Origin: a virus
Lineage: Duplodnaviria > Caudoviricetes
IMG/VR virus record: IMGVR_UViG_3300030118_000876
Location: 1-53,165 of that record
Reading direction: 5' to 3' (one strand)
Length of the DNA: 53,165 nucleotides
In this document: in pieces, positions 27,321-37,244 of the stretch
How positions within the stretch are numbered: the stretch's first letter is position 1
Layout: each line of letters starts with the position of its first letter
Made by a program: the position numbers and the translations under genes
Notes under the pieces: generated by a model
What the model saw: only the letters and a program-made list of their open reading frames with translations
Told to the model about the DNA's origin: nothing
Databases searched by the model: none

Positions 27321-28637
27321 CTAACTAAGACTGGAACTAAGGTTATTGGTATTATTCTTACCCTCCAAACCAGCTACACGTTTGTTAAGCTCTTCAATCT
27401 GTTTATCTTTTTCCGTATCACTACCAGAAGCAACGTTAAGACCACCAAAGAACTCAGCAATGTTTTCTCGTTTCTTATCTTGATCTCGTCTTAGACCAGC
27501 TTGGTAATTCATTTGGTTAGCAAGAGCATTTGCGTACATCGGGCTACCACTTGGAATCAAACCATAACCAGTTTTAAGAGCTTCGTTCTGAGCTGTCATA
27601 CCTTTTTGGAAACCTGCATCATAAGAAGATTGTACATTTCTACCCGCTTGTAGAGCCAATCGTCTTTCTTCTGCTGCACTCATACCTCTACGACCTGTTT
27701 GCAAGCCAGCTGTACGTCTGAAGTCACGTAGTTTCTTTTCTTGCTCAATAGCAGTTTTATTAGCTGCTTGAAGTCCAAAATATTCTGGAGAGAAGTAACC
27801 AGCTTGTACAACATATTGTTTAGCTGCATCCATCTTAGCATTAAATGCTGCTTCATCTTTTGCTTTAAGATCTGCAAGTTCAGCTGTATACGCTTCCAAT
27901 GTTGCTGCTTCTTGTGGAGACAACTCAGGCATCGAACCCGGTGCAATAAGTTGCGTTGCTAGAAGTTGACCACCAGCTTGAAGTGTTAGGTTAGCAAGTG
28001 TATCTGGATTTGTAATCTTATCTACAACTTTCGAAGGTACTGCTGCAAGTTTTTCAGTGAAAGACAAAGCCTCTTTACTACCACCTGCACCACTGCCAAG
28101 TTTTGTAGTATCACCAACAACCTTATTAGGATCAGCTACTACTTCATTACCAGCGCCGGGATTTCCTCCGACGTTTGAAGGCGTTTGTTGATTACCGCCA
28201 AACATATTTGAAACAGATGTTTTAGCTCTATTAAATGTAGCTTGGACACCAGTCTGGTTTACGTTACCAAGACCTGCTCCGGTTCTCACCGCTGTGCCGT
28301 AACCACCGATACCACCGCCGATCAAACCAGCGATTGCACCTGCCTTAACACTTTGTCCTGTAACTTTAGCTGTAATAGCACCGAGCGCTGCACCTGTAAC
28401 TGCTGACGTTATTACCGATCCTGCTGTAGTAGCAGCAAAAGCCGAAAGAGCAGAAACACCTGCTGAAGCCACAAGTGAACTTGCAATAGCTGGAGCTGCA
28501 ATAGGGATTACAACAGCCGCCGCTACCGCGATAACTTTCTTTACACCCCCGCCATGTTCGGTTGGAGCGATTGGATAAATTGGAGTAGCATCAGCTGAGG
28601 GGCCAACTGAAACTACCAATGGATTGATTGTATTCAT
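27321..28637 (-). CDS. Putative ejection (pilot) protein with hydrophobic Gly/Ala N-terminus
   Basis: VIAVAAAVVIPIAAP and GAIAGLIGGGIGG segments followed by coiled coil. Confidence 0.6.
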   Translation of the reverse strand: MNTINPLVVSVGPSADATPIYPIAPTEHGGGVKKVIAVAAAVVIPIAAPAIASSLVASAGVSALSAFAATTAGSVITSAVTGAALGAITAKVTGQSVKAGAIAGLIGGGIGGYGTAVRTGAGLGNVNQTGVQATFNRAKTSVSNMFGGNQQTPSNVGGNPGAGNEVVADPNKVVGDTTKLGSGAGGSKEALSFTEKLAAVPSKVVDKITNPDTLANLTLQAGGQLLATQLIAPGSMPELSPQEAATLEAYTAELADLKAKDEAAFNAKMDAAKQYVVQAGYFSPEYFGLQAANKTAIEQEKKLRDFRRTAGLQTGRRGMSAAEERRLALQAGRNVQSSYDAGFQKGMTAQNEALKTGYGLIPSGSPMYANALANQMNYQAGLRRDQDKKRENIAEFFGGLNVASGSDTEKDKQIEELNKRVAGLEGKNNTNNLSSSLS

Positions 28638-28638
28638 A

Positions 28639-29115
28639 TTAGACCTCCGTTAAATCCTGTCTTAATAAGACATAATGACGTTCGAAACCAGCTGACGTTA
28701 AAATTTTTTCCATTGCTGGATGTACAGAACATTCTACTTTCTTTACACCACAAATCTTAGCCCAACCACAAACATCTTTCCAGAACATTTGTATCATATT
28801 TTTCAAGTCTTTTCCACCTAAAGCTACAACATTCATAGCTGTAAACCTAGGATAGTATACAAGCTCCATAACTATAACTAACTTGACAGTTGGGACTTCA
28901 GTGTCATCATTTTTAGCAACAATGATAAACACCTCACCTTTTAAGGCTCTAGTGTAAAGATCTTCTACAAGCATTTCGCCGTGCATAGCTTTTTCTATAC
29001 ACCGCTGTAGTAAAGGAGTACATTGACCCCAGTATTTATCTATAAGCTCTTTTGTAGATAACAACTGAGCTTCGTACTTAAGATCTGTGTTTTCCTTTTC
29101 TACCACTTGTAACAT
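28639..29115 (-). CDS. GNAT-like fold virion assembly protein
   Basis: VVALGG, WAKICGVKKVEC, GF..HYV pattern; position typical of podophage tail-assembly genes. Confidence 0.5.
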   Translation of the reverse strand: MLQVVEKENTDLKYEAQLLSTKELIDKYWGQCTPLLQRCIEKAMHGEMLVEDLYTRALKGEVFIIVAKNDDTEVPTVKLVIVMELVYYPRFTAMNVVALGGKDLKNMIQMFWKDVCGWAKICGVKKVECSVHPAMEKILTSAGFERHYVLLRQDLTEV

Positions 29116-29981
29116 TATTTCTCCTTATATGAGGCCAGCATTTTATCAAAAAACTCTGTGCCTTTTGCTTTGACAATATCTTTTGGAATAACGTACTCAC
29201 CGCCTTCTACTTCGATTTCGCCGCCGCCTTTCATCTGTACACGTACACCACCTTGATCATGTGAAGGGCCATAAACCATACCGCCAAATTCCATTTCTTG
29301 AACTGGAGCTTGTTGTGGCATTGGTTGTGCACCACCTTCAAACTGTACATCAGCTTCCATAGATTTAGCAGCTGCAATAATAGCAATAAGCATTCCTTCA
29401 TCATACTCTTGAGGAAGATCTGCTTCAGTAGCAATACCTCGTTGTATAGCCATCTGCCTGATCTGAGGATACATTTCAGGATTTTGCATGACAGTTTTTG
29501 CTAACTGTATAATCATGTTCAATTCTTGTGGATTTACTTCACCCGATTGAATACCTGCCTCAATACCTGCTCGTATTCTAGCTACAACTTCAGGATTTTG
29601 TGCTAGCATTTCATTTACTTGCATATCCATCATTTGTGCATTCATCATAGGTGCGCCTTGCGGCTGTATACCTGCAGGACGTACAGGCATTCCGCCCGGC
29701 CCTACCATACCACCTTCTTGATATGTTGGTTGCATCCTAAAATCCAGTACTGGAAAGTTAGGATCAGAGCCTACCGTACCTGTTGGTATAGTTCCGATAG
29801 CTCCTGAAGCCACACCTGCTGGTGGGGTTTCGATTAATGTTTGTATACTTGGAGGTAAATCCAAAGATACAGAACTTGGTACTGCTCCTGCTACACCGGC
29901 TATTCCACCGCCCAAAACAGACGGCGTCATAGGTTCTTGCATAGGAGCCATTCCGTTTCCGTTTTGGTCGTTGTATGCCAT
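29115..29981 (-). CDS. Virion-associated protein with repeated xxGG motifs and C-terminal GPSH..GG..EGGEYVI domain
   Basis: YQEGGMV, MEFGGMV, MKGGGEI, EGGEYVIP. Confidence 0.65.
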   Translation of the reverse strand: MAYNDQNGNGMAPMQEPMTPSVLGGGIAGVAGAVPSSVSLDLPPSIQTLIETPPAGVASGAIGTIPTGTVGSDPNFPVLDFRMQPTYQEGGMVGPGGMPVRPAGIQPQGAPMMNAQMMDMQVNEMLAQNPEVVARIRAGIEAGIQSGEVNPQELNMIIQLAKTVMQNPEMYPQIRQMAIQRGIATEADLPQEYDEGMLIAIIAAAKSMEADVQFEGGAQPMPQQAPVQEMEFGGMVYGPSHDQGGVRVQMKGGGEIEVEGGEYVIPKDIVKAKGTEFFDKMLASYKEK

Positions 29982-30334
29982 TAGCCTACTCCTTTTAGTT
30001 GACGAAGAAGTGCATTTAACACTGCCCTAGTAAAAGCTAGGTCATTTGCTAAAGTTTGCACATCAGTTATAAGTTTACCAACGTCGTCAAGACCTGCTAC
30101 TTCTTGACCACTAATAGTAAATCCTGCACCTTTTGCAGTTACCTGTCTCATATCTTGGTCAGGCATCAAGTTTACGGTTATCTGACCTTGAGTAATTGCT
30201 TTACTAATAAGATCTGATTCACCCCGTAATCCGGTTAATAGCTCTACGTTCTCTTTAACAGAGCTAATCAAAACACTTTGCCAGTCAGTTATACCTCCTT
30301 GTGGTACTGCTGGTATTGCTGTAAATCTAGCCAT
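29981..30334 (-). CDS. Hypothetical tail-associated protein
   Basis: SVKENVELLTG.RG; directly follows the nozzle-like gene. Confidence 0.65.
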   Translation of the reverse strand: MARFTAIPAVPQGGITDWQSVLISSVKENVELLTGLRGESDLISKAITQGQITVNLMPDQDMRQVTAKGAGFTISGQEVAGLDDVGKLITDVQTLANDLAFTRAVLNALLRQLKGVG

Positions 30335-30335
30335 A

Positions 30336-32708
30336 CTATGCTGTCCTCAATCCGTAAGGTGTTTCGCCAAAATGAATGGCTCTTATTCTGGACGAACCAG
30401 ATACACCTACTTCGAATGTATCCGATCTGTAACCTGTAGGCAATCTAAATATCTCATCACTAGAGACATTTGCTTGAAATATAAGGGTTTTATCAGCAAA
30501 CAACTTAAATGTAACAGGAAGAACACCTGTTAAATCTTTAAGATCTGTTGTTTGTGCATCACCATTTATAGGAAACGCATTTAATGTACCTATATTTACA
30601 TCTCTAACACCGGCATCTAAATAATCCGTTGGCCCATTCATTGGCCCTAATTGGATTGATTTAGCCCACACAGCATTATTTAAAGCAGGAACAGTTGCAT
30701 TAAACGCTTGTATATTAGCAGCTTCTGCATCAGGTGTTTGATAATCTGCAATGACCCTAGCAGCACCAAGATTTAAATAATCTTTAGTAACAATAGTTTT
30801 TGATTTCCATTCTAGAGGTGAAAGAATTTGATCTTCATTATCCCATTCAAGAATATCACCACTAGTACCTTGGGTATAAAACATAGTGCCTGTTTCAGGA
30901 TCAGACCAAGCTGCGTCAAATAAATACTGAATATTTACAAAATACCCGCCAATTTTATCATCACGTTCAAATATAAATGATCTTTGACTGTGAGATCCAA
31001 AATACTTACCATTATAATAATGACCAATAAGAGTGGTAGGGTCTAAAGTATCTCCCCAAGTATCCCAGTCATGTACAAACTTGGTAATAAGATCAATACC
31101 AGTGGAAGGCGAAAATACAGCAAGGCCACCCCAAGTAGCCCATACAACACCATAACCCATATTTACTACAGATCGTTTAGATACACATGGATATAACGTA
31201 TCAATACGTGCACTAACCATAGTCGCTGGATCGTTACCAGAAACTGAATATGGATACTCTTTAGTAAGAACAATAATATATCCAGCTACTGGCTGTATTG
31301 ATACAATATCTGATTCAAATGTTAATCTATATTTTTCAGGCCAAGCGTGTGGTTTATCAGGGAATGAAAAACACAACTGATTGTCAAAAAACCCTACAAG
31401 AATATTATTATGAGCCGCTTTAAGACCTTTCATATTAGTAGGTGGGGGATCATATTCTTCTGAAGGAACTATAGTACTAAGACCACTTACAAGAAAATCG
31501 TCAGTAAAATTATAATTACCGCCATCGCCCCAATACCTAGCAGTGCTAGTACTAAGCTCAGATACATCATGAAATAATGTTCCTGTAGTTTCTGCTGTCT
31601 CACCTACATCAATAGCTGTTTGGGCAAAAGTAAACGCATACTCGTCTACAACGGACGCAACTTCACCAGTGGTGTTAAAAGTTGTTTGTCCTGTAATACC
31701 ACTAATCTTAAACCTATCACCTTTAATTAAATTATGTGGGTGCGCTAGTGTAACAGTGGATACGTTAGAAGCACGTTTAACTTTTGCTGTAGCTGTAGGA
31801 TACCAAAGTGTAGCTAGTTTAAAATAATCAGTGACAGAAGCTGAAACTACACTACGATAAAGATTAATACCCCTAATAAAATTTTGTCCTGTAGGGGGTG
31901 TGGTAGGTAGATTAGATACTGTAAGTGTTTGTCCTTCTTTTACATATGACTCATTTGAAGGAAGACTAGGAATAGATTCTTCACCCCAAGGGGTAAACCA
32001 TGTAAAAATATATGTACGAATTTGTGTATTACCTGCAAGATCTGCACGACCTGAAGTATTAGCAGTTTTAGCTACTTGATCACCGGGGCTAAAATATTGA
32101 AAGTTATTATCACTAATAACTGTAATTTCTACATTAGTACCATTAAATGATTTAGCCTCATCAGACGAAGCAAAATCTCTAATCGTTACAATATTCCCTG
32201 TACGAAGATTATGCGCACTTGATCCATAAAATGTTGCCGTATTACCCGAATCACGCTCATAATGCGTAGCACTGACAACAGTAAAAGAAGTAGCCGCACC
32301 TGTGGGTTCTGTATCAGGCAGGGGAAGACCTAATTCGTAATACCCATTATTGACTGGGTACGGCTCACTTCCATTTGTTGCTAACTCGTAGTTAGATACT
32401 TTAGGAACGCCATCACCTGTAAAATAAAACCTTTGTTCCTCATCTTCTGAAGAAGTAGCAGTGGCAATATCTACATCGTTAGTAAAAGACAACCAAGCTA
32501 GGCTGTTATCTGGATTACGTAAAGCATGTAAAGTTTTTACAGCAACAGTTCTTTCTGTGCTATCTACAACTACTGGAGTTCGATATGGAAGTAAATCACC
32601 TGAATATAACTTGACGTTAAATGCTGTTTGGCCTGCACCATCTGGCAACAACTCTGAGGATATTTTCGGAGCTTCTCCTAAAAACTTTATGAGCTTTACT
32701 GATGCCAT
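30336..32708 (-). CDS. Tail nozzle/stabilisation protein (tail tubular B or P22 gp10-like) with inserted beta domains
   Basis: Beta-rich 790 aa; PHAWP, CVSKRS, WKSK, FRLP.G motifs; two H.L..G..V.I inserts. Confidence 0.65.
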   Translation of the reverse strand: MASVKLIKFLGEAPKISSELLPDGAGQTAFNVKLYSGDLLPYRTPVVVDSTERTVAVKTLHALRNPDNSLAWLSFTNDVDIATATSSEDEEQRFYFTGDGVPKVSNYELATNGSEPYPVNNGYYELGLPLPDTEPTGAATSFTVVSATHYERDSGNTATFYGSSAHNLRTGNIVTIRDFASSDEAKSFNGTNVEITVISDNNFQYFSPGDQVAKTANTSGRADLAGNTQIRTYIFTWFTPWGEESIPSLPSNESYVKEGQTLTVSNLPTTPPTGQNFIRGINLYRSVVSASVTDYFKLATLWYPTATAKVKRASNVSTVTLAHPHNLIKGDRFKISGITGQTTFNTTGEVASVVDEYAFTFAQTAIDVGETAETTGTLFHDVSELSTSTARYWGDGGNYNFTDDFLVSGLSTIVPSEEYDPPPTNMKGLKAAHNNILVGFFDNQLCFSFPDKPHAWPEKYRLTFESDIVSIQPVAGYIIVLTKEYPYSVSGNDPATMVSARIDTLYPCVSKRSVVNMGYGVVWATWGGLAVFSPSTGIDLITKFVHDWDTWGDTLDPTTLIGHYYNGKYFGSHSQRSFIFERDDKIGGYFVNIQYLFDAAWSDPETGTMFYTQGTSGDILEWDNEDQILSPLEWKSKTIVTKDYLNLGAARVIADYQTPDAEAANIQAFNATVPALNNAVWAKSIQLGPMNGPTDYLDAGVRDVNIGTLNAFPINGDAQTTDLKDLTGVLPVTFKLFADKTLIFQANVSSDEIFRLPTGYRSDTFEVGVSGSSRIRAIHFGETPYGLRTA

Positions 32709-33223
32709 TATTCCTCAACCATTTTTAGTGCAACCTCTGTTGCCTCATCGTTTCGCCTAGTCCAACCCCTACCAAAAGTATCAAAGTGGTTTAGACCCTC
32801 ATAAAAATTTTGCCTTACTTCTTTGAATTTTTCTATCATATATTTTGTATCTTGCCCTGCAACAAGTTCTAGTGTCTTTGGCCCTATCACGCCGTCCGGA
32901 TTAGCGCCACAACATTTTTGTACGCCTTTGGAACTTCTACTTACTCCAGAATTAACAGCCCAATCAAAAACAACGTAGTCTAAACCGGAAGGTAGTTCAT
33001 CGCAGCCTGCTTTTATCCAGTAGTTATTAAGATATATTGGAGCAACACTTTCTGGTGTAAGCTTCATCATATCTTGCTTGGTAACTTCGTACCCTAGCCA
33101 GTCTTCGTATACTTTTTTAGTAACTCCGAGGTTTGTCATACCTCCCGGATCGCGTTCGTGATTTACGAAACCTCCTTCGTGTTTCAACATTAGTTGTAGT
33201 GCTTTATCAAAGTTTTCTCTCAT
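32708..33223 (-). CDS. Endolysin, glycoside hydrolase family 108 with PG-binding domain
   Basis: HEGGFVNHERDPGGMTNLGVT, FDWAVNSG, DGVIGPKT, FGRGWTRR. Confidence 0.92.
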   Translation of the reverse strand: MRENFDKALQLMLKHEGGFVNHERDPGGMTNLGVTKKVYEDWLGYEVTKQDMMKLTPESVAPIYLNNYWIKAGCDELPSGLDYVVFDWAVNSGVSRSSKGVQKCCGANPDGVIGPKTLELVAGQDTKYMIEKFKEVRQNFYEGLNHFDTFGRGWTRRNDEATEVALKMVEE

Positions 33224-33615
33224 TTAGTGATTCCCTTTTGCTTTTCATATGTCCTGAGTCCTCCGATTCCGAGCATGCCACCCAAAACAGTTAGGAGTGT
33301 ACCCATGTCAAATTCAGGTAACTCAGGTAGTTCTGCACCAGCAAAAGATGCACCAAATATAATTAGGTCTTTGATTATAAAGTGGTATGCAAATGCGATT
33401 GCACAAACCCAGCCAACCGCTGGACGCCAACCGCCTTTGAATAATGAACCAGATGCTGCTTCAGCTTTATTAACTTCGATTTGAGCGAGCGCTATCTGCT
33501 GGGCATGTTTATCTGCCATCGTAGCCAAGTCGTGTGCCAACTTAGCTTTCTGATCTTTGTCCTCTATGAACTTGTCAAGTAAGCCAGTTACTGGCCCTAT
33601 TAGTGTTTGTAACAT
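33220..33615 (-). CDS. Holin (3-TM, GTA-release holin-like)
   Basis: LDKFIED, QIEVNKAEA, GWRPAVGW, LGIGGLRTYEK; adjacent to the endolysin. Confidence 0.85.
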   Translation of the reverse strand: MLQTLIGPVTGLLDKFIEDKDQKAKLAHDLATMADKHAQQIALAQIEVNKAEAASGSLFKGGWRPAVGWVCAIAFAYHFIIKDLIIFGASFAGAELPELPEFDMGTLLTVLGGMLGIGGLRTYEKQKGITK

Positions 33616-33618
33616 ACG

Positions 33619-33843
33619 TTACTCCTCCATAAGTTCTACTATATCATAACTCCCATCTGAATTTTTTTCCAGCTTTACTTTTAATTCTTTACATTTCCAC
33701 TGGTTATCAAAGTTTACACCGCCATTAACGTTACGTTTAATTGTTCTTTTTGTGGACAAACACTCTGATAATTTATCATAGGGCGTATATTCTATAGCTT
33801 CTCCATTGCTGTATAGAAGTAACACAAAAACTAGTTCTATCAT
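33619..33843 (-). CDS. Hypothetical small protein with two Cys
   Basis: Hydrophobic N-terminus, LSECL...WKC; coupled start. Confidence 0.7.
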   Translation of the reverse strand: MIELVFVLLLYSNGEAIEYTPYDKLSECLSTKRTIKRNVNGGVNFDNQWKCKELKVKLEKNSDGSYDIVELMEE

Positions 33844-34238
33844 GGTGATCCGTTCCTTAACTTTTCTATGTTTTCTTCTATGGACGTTATACGTTTTTCA
33901 TAAAACTCCAAGGTTAATTTTTGTTGCTGGTCATACGGTGCTTGACCATCTTCTATTTGGGTTTGTAACTTTTCAAACTCTTTAGCTAAATGTTCAATTA
34001 ACATAAACTGCTCAGAGTCTGCAGGTAGACTCCCCATTTCACCTCTAGGCCATTTAATACGAAACTCTGTGTTTTTCTCCAGATCAGCTTCCATTAGAGT
34101 AATTCTAGTTTCGATATTATTTAACCTTTCTACAATACCAAAATACGCCCACGTTGCTAATGAAGCACCTGCAATCAGGCTTATCATATTACGAAGTGGT
34201 AAAGATACCTCGGTATTTTCACTTAATTTTGTAGCCAT
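33840..34238 (-). CDS. Membrane-anchored coiled-coil protein (lysis region)
   Basis: One N-terminal TM segment followed by heptad repeats. Confidence 0.7.
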   Translation of the reverse strand: MATKLSENTEVSLPLRNMISLIAGASLATWAYFGIVERLNNIETRITLMEADLEKNTEFRIKWPRGEMGSLPADSEQFMLIEHLAKEFEKLQTQIEDGQAPYDQQQKLTLEFYEKRITSIEENIEKLRNGSP

Positions 34239-34258
34239 ATCATCTGTTTATACACCAT

Positions 34259-34468
34259 CTAGTGGTAAATTTCAGTACCATTTTTTACCTTTTGTAGTTT
34301 ACATATTGCTGTAATTTTTTCCCGTGGTGTGCTTGTTTCTGCTGGCATTGGAGGTTGATTCATAATACGCCTAGCAAAATATCTACACCGATTAATATCA
34401 TACCAATAAGTTACAGGCGGCTGTAAAGCAGTTCCAAGATATATATGTAAAGCAAACACTGTTATCAT
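34259..34468 (-). CDS. Hypothetical protein
   Basis: ATGA-coupled start at 34468 (revised from 34495). Confidence 0.6.
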   Translation of the reverse strand: MITVFALHIYLGTALQPPVTYWYDINRCRYFARRIMNQPPMPAETSTPREKITAICKLQKVKNGTEIYH

Positions 34469-34788
34469 TTCCCGTTCGTACTGCGTTGTGTCCAAGCAGT
34501 CGTCCCCATATAGGTAGCAACCACACCACCACCTGTAAGGTAAAATAAATTACTAATATCAGCCAGTGCGTTAACTCTTTCTATTGGTATAAAAAACATA
34601 GCTACAGTAAACACACCCATTGCAATTAAAGAAAACCTAGCCATCCTAAGTTGAGCTAGGTTTTTTCGTGAAGCATCTTCTGTTTGTTTAATTTCTTTAA
34701 CATGACCAAGTTCTTCATCAGTAACTATACCATCACCATCTTGGTCATACTCAGCATATTTGGATTTAGTTTGTAGTTTTTTCGTCAT
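34465..34788 (-). CDS. Two-TM membrane protein with EF-hand-like DxDxDG loop
   Basis: YDQDGDGIVTDEE followed by two hydrophobic helices; start revised to 34788. Confidence 0.7.
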   Translation of the reverse strand: MTKKLQTKSKYAEYDQDGDGIVTDEELGHVKEIKQTEDASRKNLAQLRMARFSLIAMGVFTVAMFFIPIERVNALADISNLFYLTGGGVVATYMGTTAWTQRSTNGK

Positions 34789-35255
34789 ACTATCCCCCGT
34801 TTCCTTAACACATACGCAGTTCCGAAAGTAACTGCACATAATACAAGAATACCTAGAAACCAAAGGATACCTAACAATATGTTTTCTTTAAGCTCTTCCC
34901 ACTTTTTAGCTCGCTCTTTGGCATCTTCTTGCCTTCGTTTTCTAGCTTCAACACAAAACCTTACATAATCGCTATGTAAACCGGGCCTGCCTAGATATAT
35001 CATCATTTCTTTGAGTTCATTCTCTTTTTGTTTTAGCTGTTCTAAAGCCATGAACTCTTCTAGATCACTTTCATCTTTACCTGTGAAATTTGACCATATA
35101 CTGTTTTTTCTTCTTTGTGCGTGTTTAGCTAGATCATCTGTAGCATGTGTAAAAGCTGCAATCTGCTTACCGACGGAAGTTAGCTCCCGCCCATTTTGGA
35201 CGGCAGATTTAATGACCGAATAGGCCGCGTTCGCTGCTGCTACATACTCCAACAT
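34785..35255 (-). CDS. Coiled-coil protein with C-terminal TM segment
   Basis: ORF in operon; ILLGILWFLGILVLCAV. Confidence 0.75.
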   Translation of the reverse strand: MLEYVAAANAAYSVIKSAVQNGRELTSVGKQIAAFTHATDDLAKHAQRRKNSIWSNFTGKDESDLEEFMALEQLKQKENELKEMMIYLGRPGLHSDYVRFCVEARKRRQEDAKERAKKWEELKENILLGILWFLGILVLCAVTFGTAYVLRKRGIV

Positions 35256-35271
35256 AAATAAGTTCCATAGT

Positions 35272-35397
35272 TTATTTCTTCTTAACTACTCCGCCTTTTT
35301 TATAGGACATCGGTTTTTTTGTTTTTTTAATTTTACCGCCTGTTCCATAAGACATAACTTTTTTCTTCTTATCTTTTTTCATTCCATATCCCGGCAT
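35272..35397 (-). CDS. Lys-rich 41-aa peptide MPGYGMKKDKKKKVMSYGTGGKIKKTKKPMSYKKGGVVKKK; not in ORF track
   Basis: SD GGAGGA upstream; fills the intergenic gap; internal MSYxxGG repeat. Confidence 0.75.
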   Translation of the reverse strand: MPGYGMKKDKKKKVMSYGTGGKIKKTKKPMSYKKGGVVKKK

Positions 35398-35398
35398 A

Positions 35399-35584
35399 TT
35401 ATCCTCCTATTAGTATTGCTGTTAAAATAGATGCTAGTCCGACGATTAAACATCCAGCGGCTGCTAGCATTATCCGCTCGAGTCTTGTGATTCGGAAGAT
35501 GATCATATCATAACGCTCAGCACAAACAGCTTCATGCTTAAGTAGTTCTTGTTGAAGTTCTACTGTCGTCATCTTTTTAGTCAT
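35399..35584 (-). CDS. Small coiled-coil plus TM protein (XhlA/holin-like)
   Basis: HEAVCAERY..I..RI.RLE followed by a TM segment. Confidence 0.7.
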   Translation of the reverse strand: MTKKMTTVELQQELLKHEAVCAERYDMIIFRITRLERIMLAAAGCLIVGLASILTAILIGG

Positions 35585-35741
35585 CCTCTAAACCCAATAC
35601 TGCCTTAGTTTGATCTTCCACTCCCACTTCTGGCTCATCAGGAAGTTCTGGTTCTTCTACAATAATTGCGCCTTCTGGTGGATCTTCTGTTCTAACGAAT
35701 GCACCATTTGGCAACATGTATAGAAGCGTCCGTTTATTCAC
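35577..35741 (-). CDS. Small acidic hypothetical protein
   Basis: GTG at 35741 with GGAG SD; E/P-rich. Confidence 0.55.
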   Translation of the reverse strand: MNKRTLLYMLPNGAFVRTEDPPEGAIIVEEPELPDEPEVGVEDQTKAVLGLEDD

Positions 35742-36063
35742 TAGGTTTCTCCGGCCATGCAAAACCTGTAGGATTACCATCCTTATCCAACTCTTCTGTG
35801 CTTTTATATGTTTTTGTTATATCTCTTAGCTTTTGCCTATATGTAGCCCAAGCTGCTGGCACTGCTGTATCATCTTCTTGTGCTTTAACAACTACCCAAT
35901 CGCAATCTGCTAGTTTAGCATTACGCTCTGCTCTAAGTTGTTCAAGTTCCACTGCAGGAATACCATCGGCAACAGCCTTCCATTCTGCTTGTTTAGCAGT
36001 AAGCTCGTCACCTGTAATCTCTACTCGCTCGCCATTTATTGTTTGGTAATATTTCTCAGCCAT
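35734..36063 (-). CDS. Tail fibre assembly chaperone
   Basis: LRAERNAKLADCDW, WATYRQKLRDIT, WPEKP. Confidence 0.85.
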   Translation of the reverse strand: MAEKYYQTINGERVEITGDELTAKQAEWKAVADGIPAVELEQLRAERNAKLADCDWVVVKAQEDDTAVPAAWATYRQKLRDITKTYKSTEELDKDGNPTGFAWPEKPSE

Positions 36064-36065
36064 AA

Positions 36066-37244
36066 TTACCCCCTCTCAACCCCAAATATTTCAAATGATC
36101 CATACTGGCTATTGCCTCCAGAGCCGTATATATGACAGCCTGTTACAGTTGTATGGCTAGGGTTAACCGTAAGTGCGCCGCTAAACTGCTCCAAATAATG
36201 AGTAGTGCTAGTTCTATGAATAAGTTGAGAATCTCCTCGTATCTGTGCTCTAGCCCAAGACCCATCGTGAGGAATACTAATTATAGCCATCCCTTGAGAA
36301 GCATAACTTGTACCATTACCAGCCATCCATATAAAATCTCGCTGCCCACCGTAGTTTCCGTTTGTATTGTAAGTGGGATGACTATCGGTTTGTTGTGAAC
36401 CATACCAAGCAGCTACACCATGATAATCATTAGCGGTAATATCACCACTACTATTTCTAAATCTAAAATAAGTGTGGTTCCAGTTAGGAGCATGAGATAC
36501 AGTCCAAGTTAGTATATAATTTGAGTATTTTGTATAATCAAAAACATCGAAGATAGCGCCAGTAGTATTAGAAGTCCAACTAGACTGACCTAGTAAAACT
36601 AGCCCACCACCATAAAGTTTACCATTTATAGAAACATTACCATTAGTAGCTACTTCTAGTTTTTTAGCAATATTACCACCCGGAATAAGAGACACTTTAC
36701 CGGGGTTTGACCAAACGTAAGTCTCGCCGGACGCAAGATTGTTACCTAAGCCCGTGCCGTTGTGTATGAGATAGCCAGAACCGTTGTCTGTTTTTGCCTC
36801 ATAATAAGCATAATCAACTCCGGAAGTCGTGTTTTCGATTTTCATACGAACTTGATTAGCGTTTGTACCTGTAGCATGAAGAATTTCTTGAGCTGAAGAT
36901 TCTATATCTATAGCACCAGAAATCGTACCTCCAGAACCTCTAATATCAATATCTCCGAACAACGCAGCAGTAGGTCTAAGCTCAAACCTATCACCAATAG
37001 CAAAAGCACGAGCTGTAGTATTATCTTGAGCACGAACTACAGTTAAAGAATCTGTAGAACGAGCAGTTGCTTTTACAATCTCGAGATTATTGCTAGTATC
37101 AATGATAGTCCCGTAAAAGTAATCGCCAGAGCCGAGAGTAGGAAAACGTGCACCCTGTCCCGTATCAAGAGTAACAGTAGTGTCAGAAGTATTAATACTA
37201 GCTGACAGAGTACCAAAAGCATTATTTGTAACTTTAACTCCCAT
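36066..37244 (-). CDS. Tail fibre 2
   Basis: N-terminal ~93 aa shared with the 37622-39187 protein; beta-rich C-terminal domain; followed by a chaperone. Confidence 0.75.
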   Translation of the reverse strand: MGVKVTNNAFGTLSASINTSDTTVTLDTGQGARFPTLGSGDYFYGTIIDTSNNLEIVKATARSTDSLTVVRAQDNTTARAFAIGDRFELRPTAALFGDIDIRGSGGTISGAIDIESSAQEILHATGTNANQVRMKIENTTSGVDYAYYEAKTDNGSGYLIHNGTGLGNNLASGETYVWSNPGKVSLIPGGNIAKKLEVATNGNVSINGKLYGGGLVLLGQSSWTSNTTGAIFDVFDYTKYSNYILTWTVSHAPNWNHTYFRFRNSSGDITANDYHGVAAWYGSQQTDSHPTYNTNGNYGGQRDFIWMAGNGTSYASQGMAIISIPHDGSWARAQIRGDSQLIHRTSTTHYLEQFSGALTVNPSHTTVTGCHIYGSGGNSQYGSFEIFGVERG

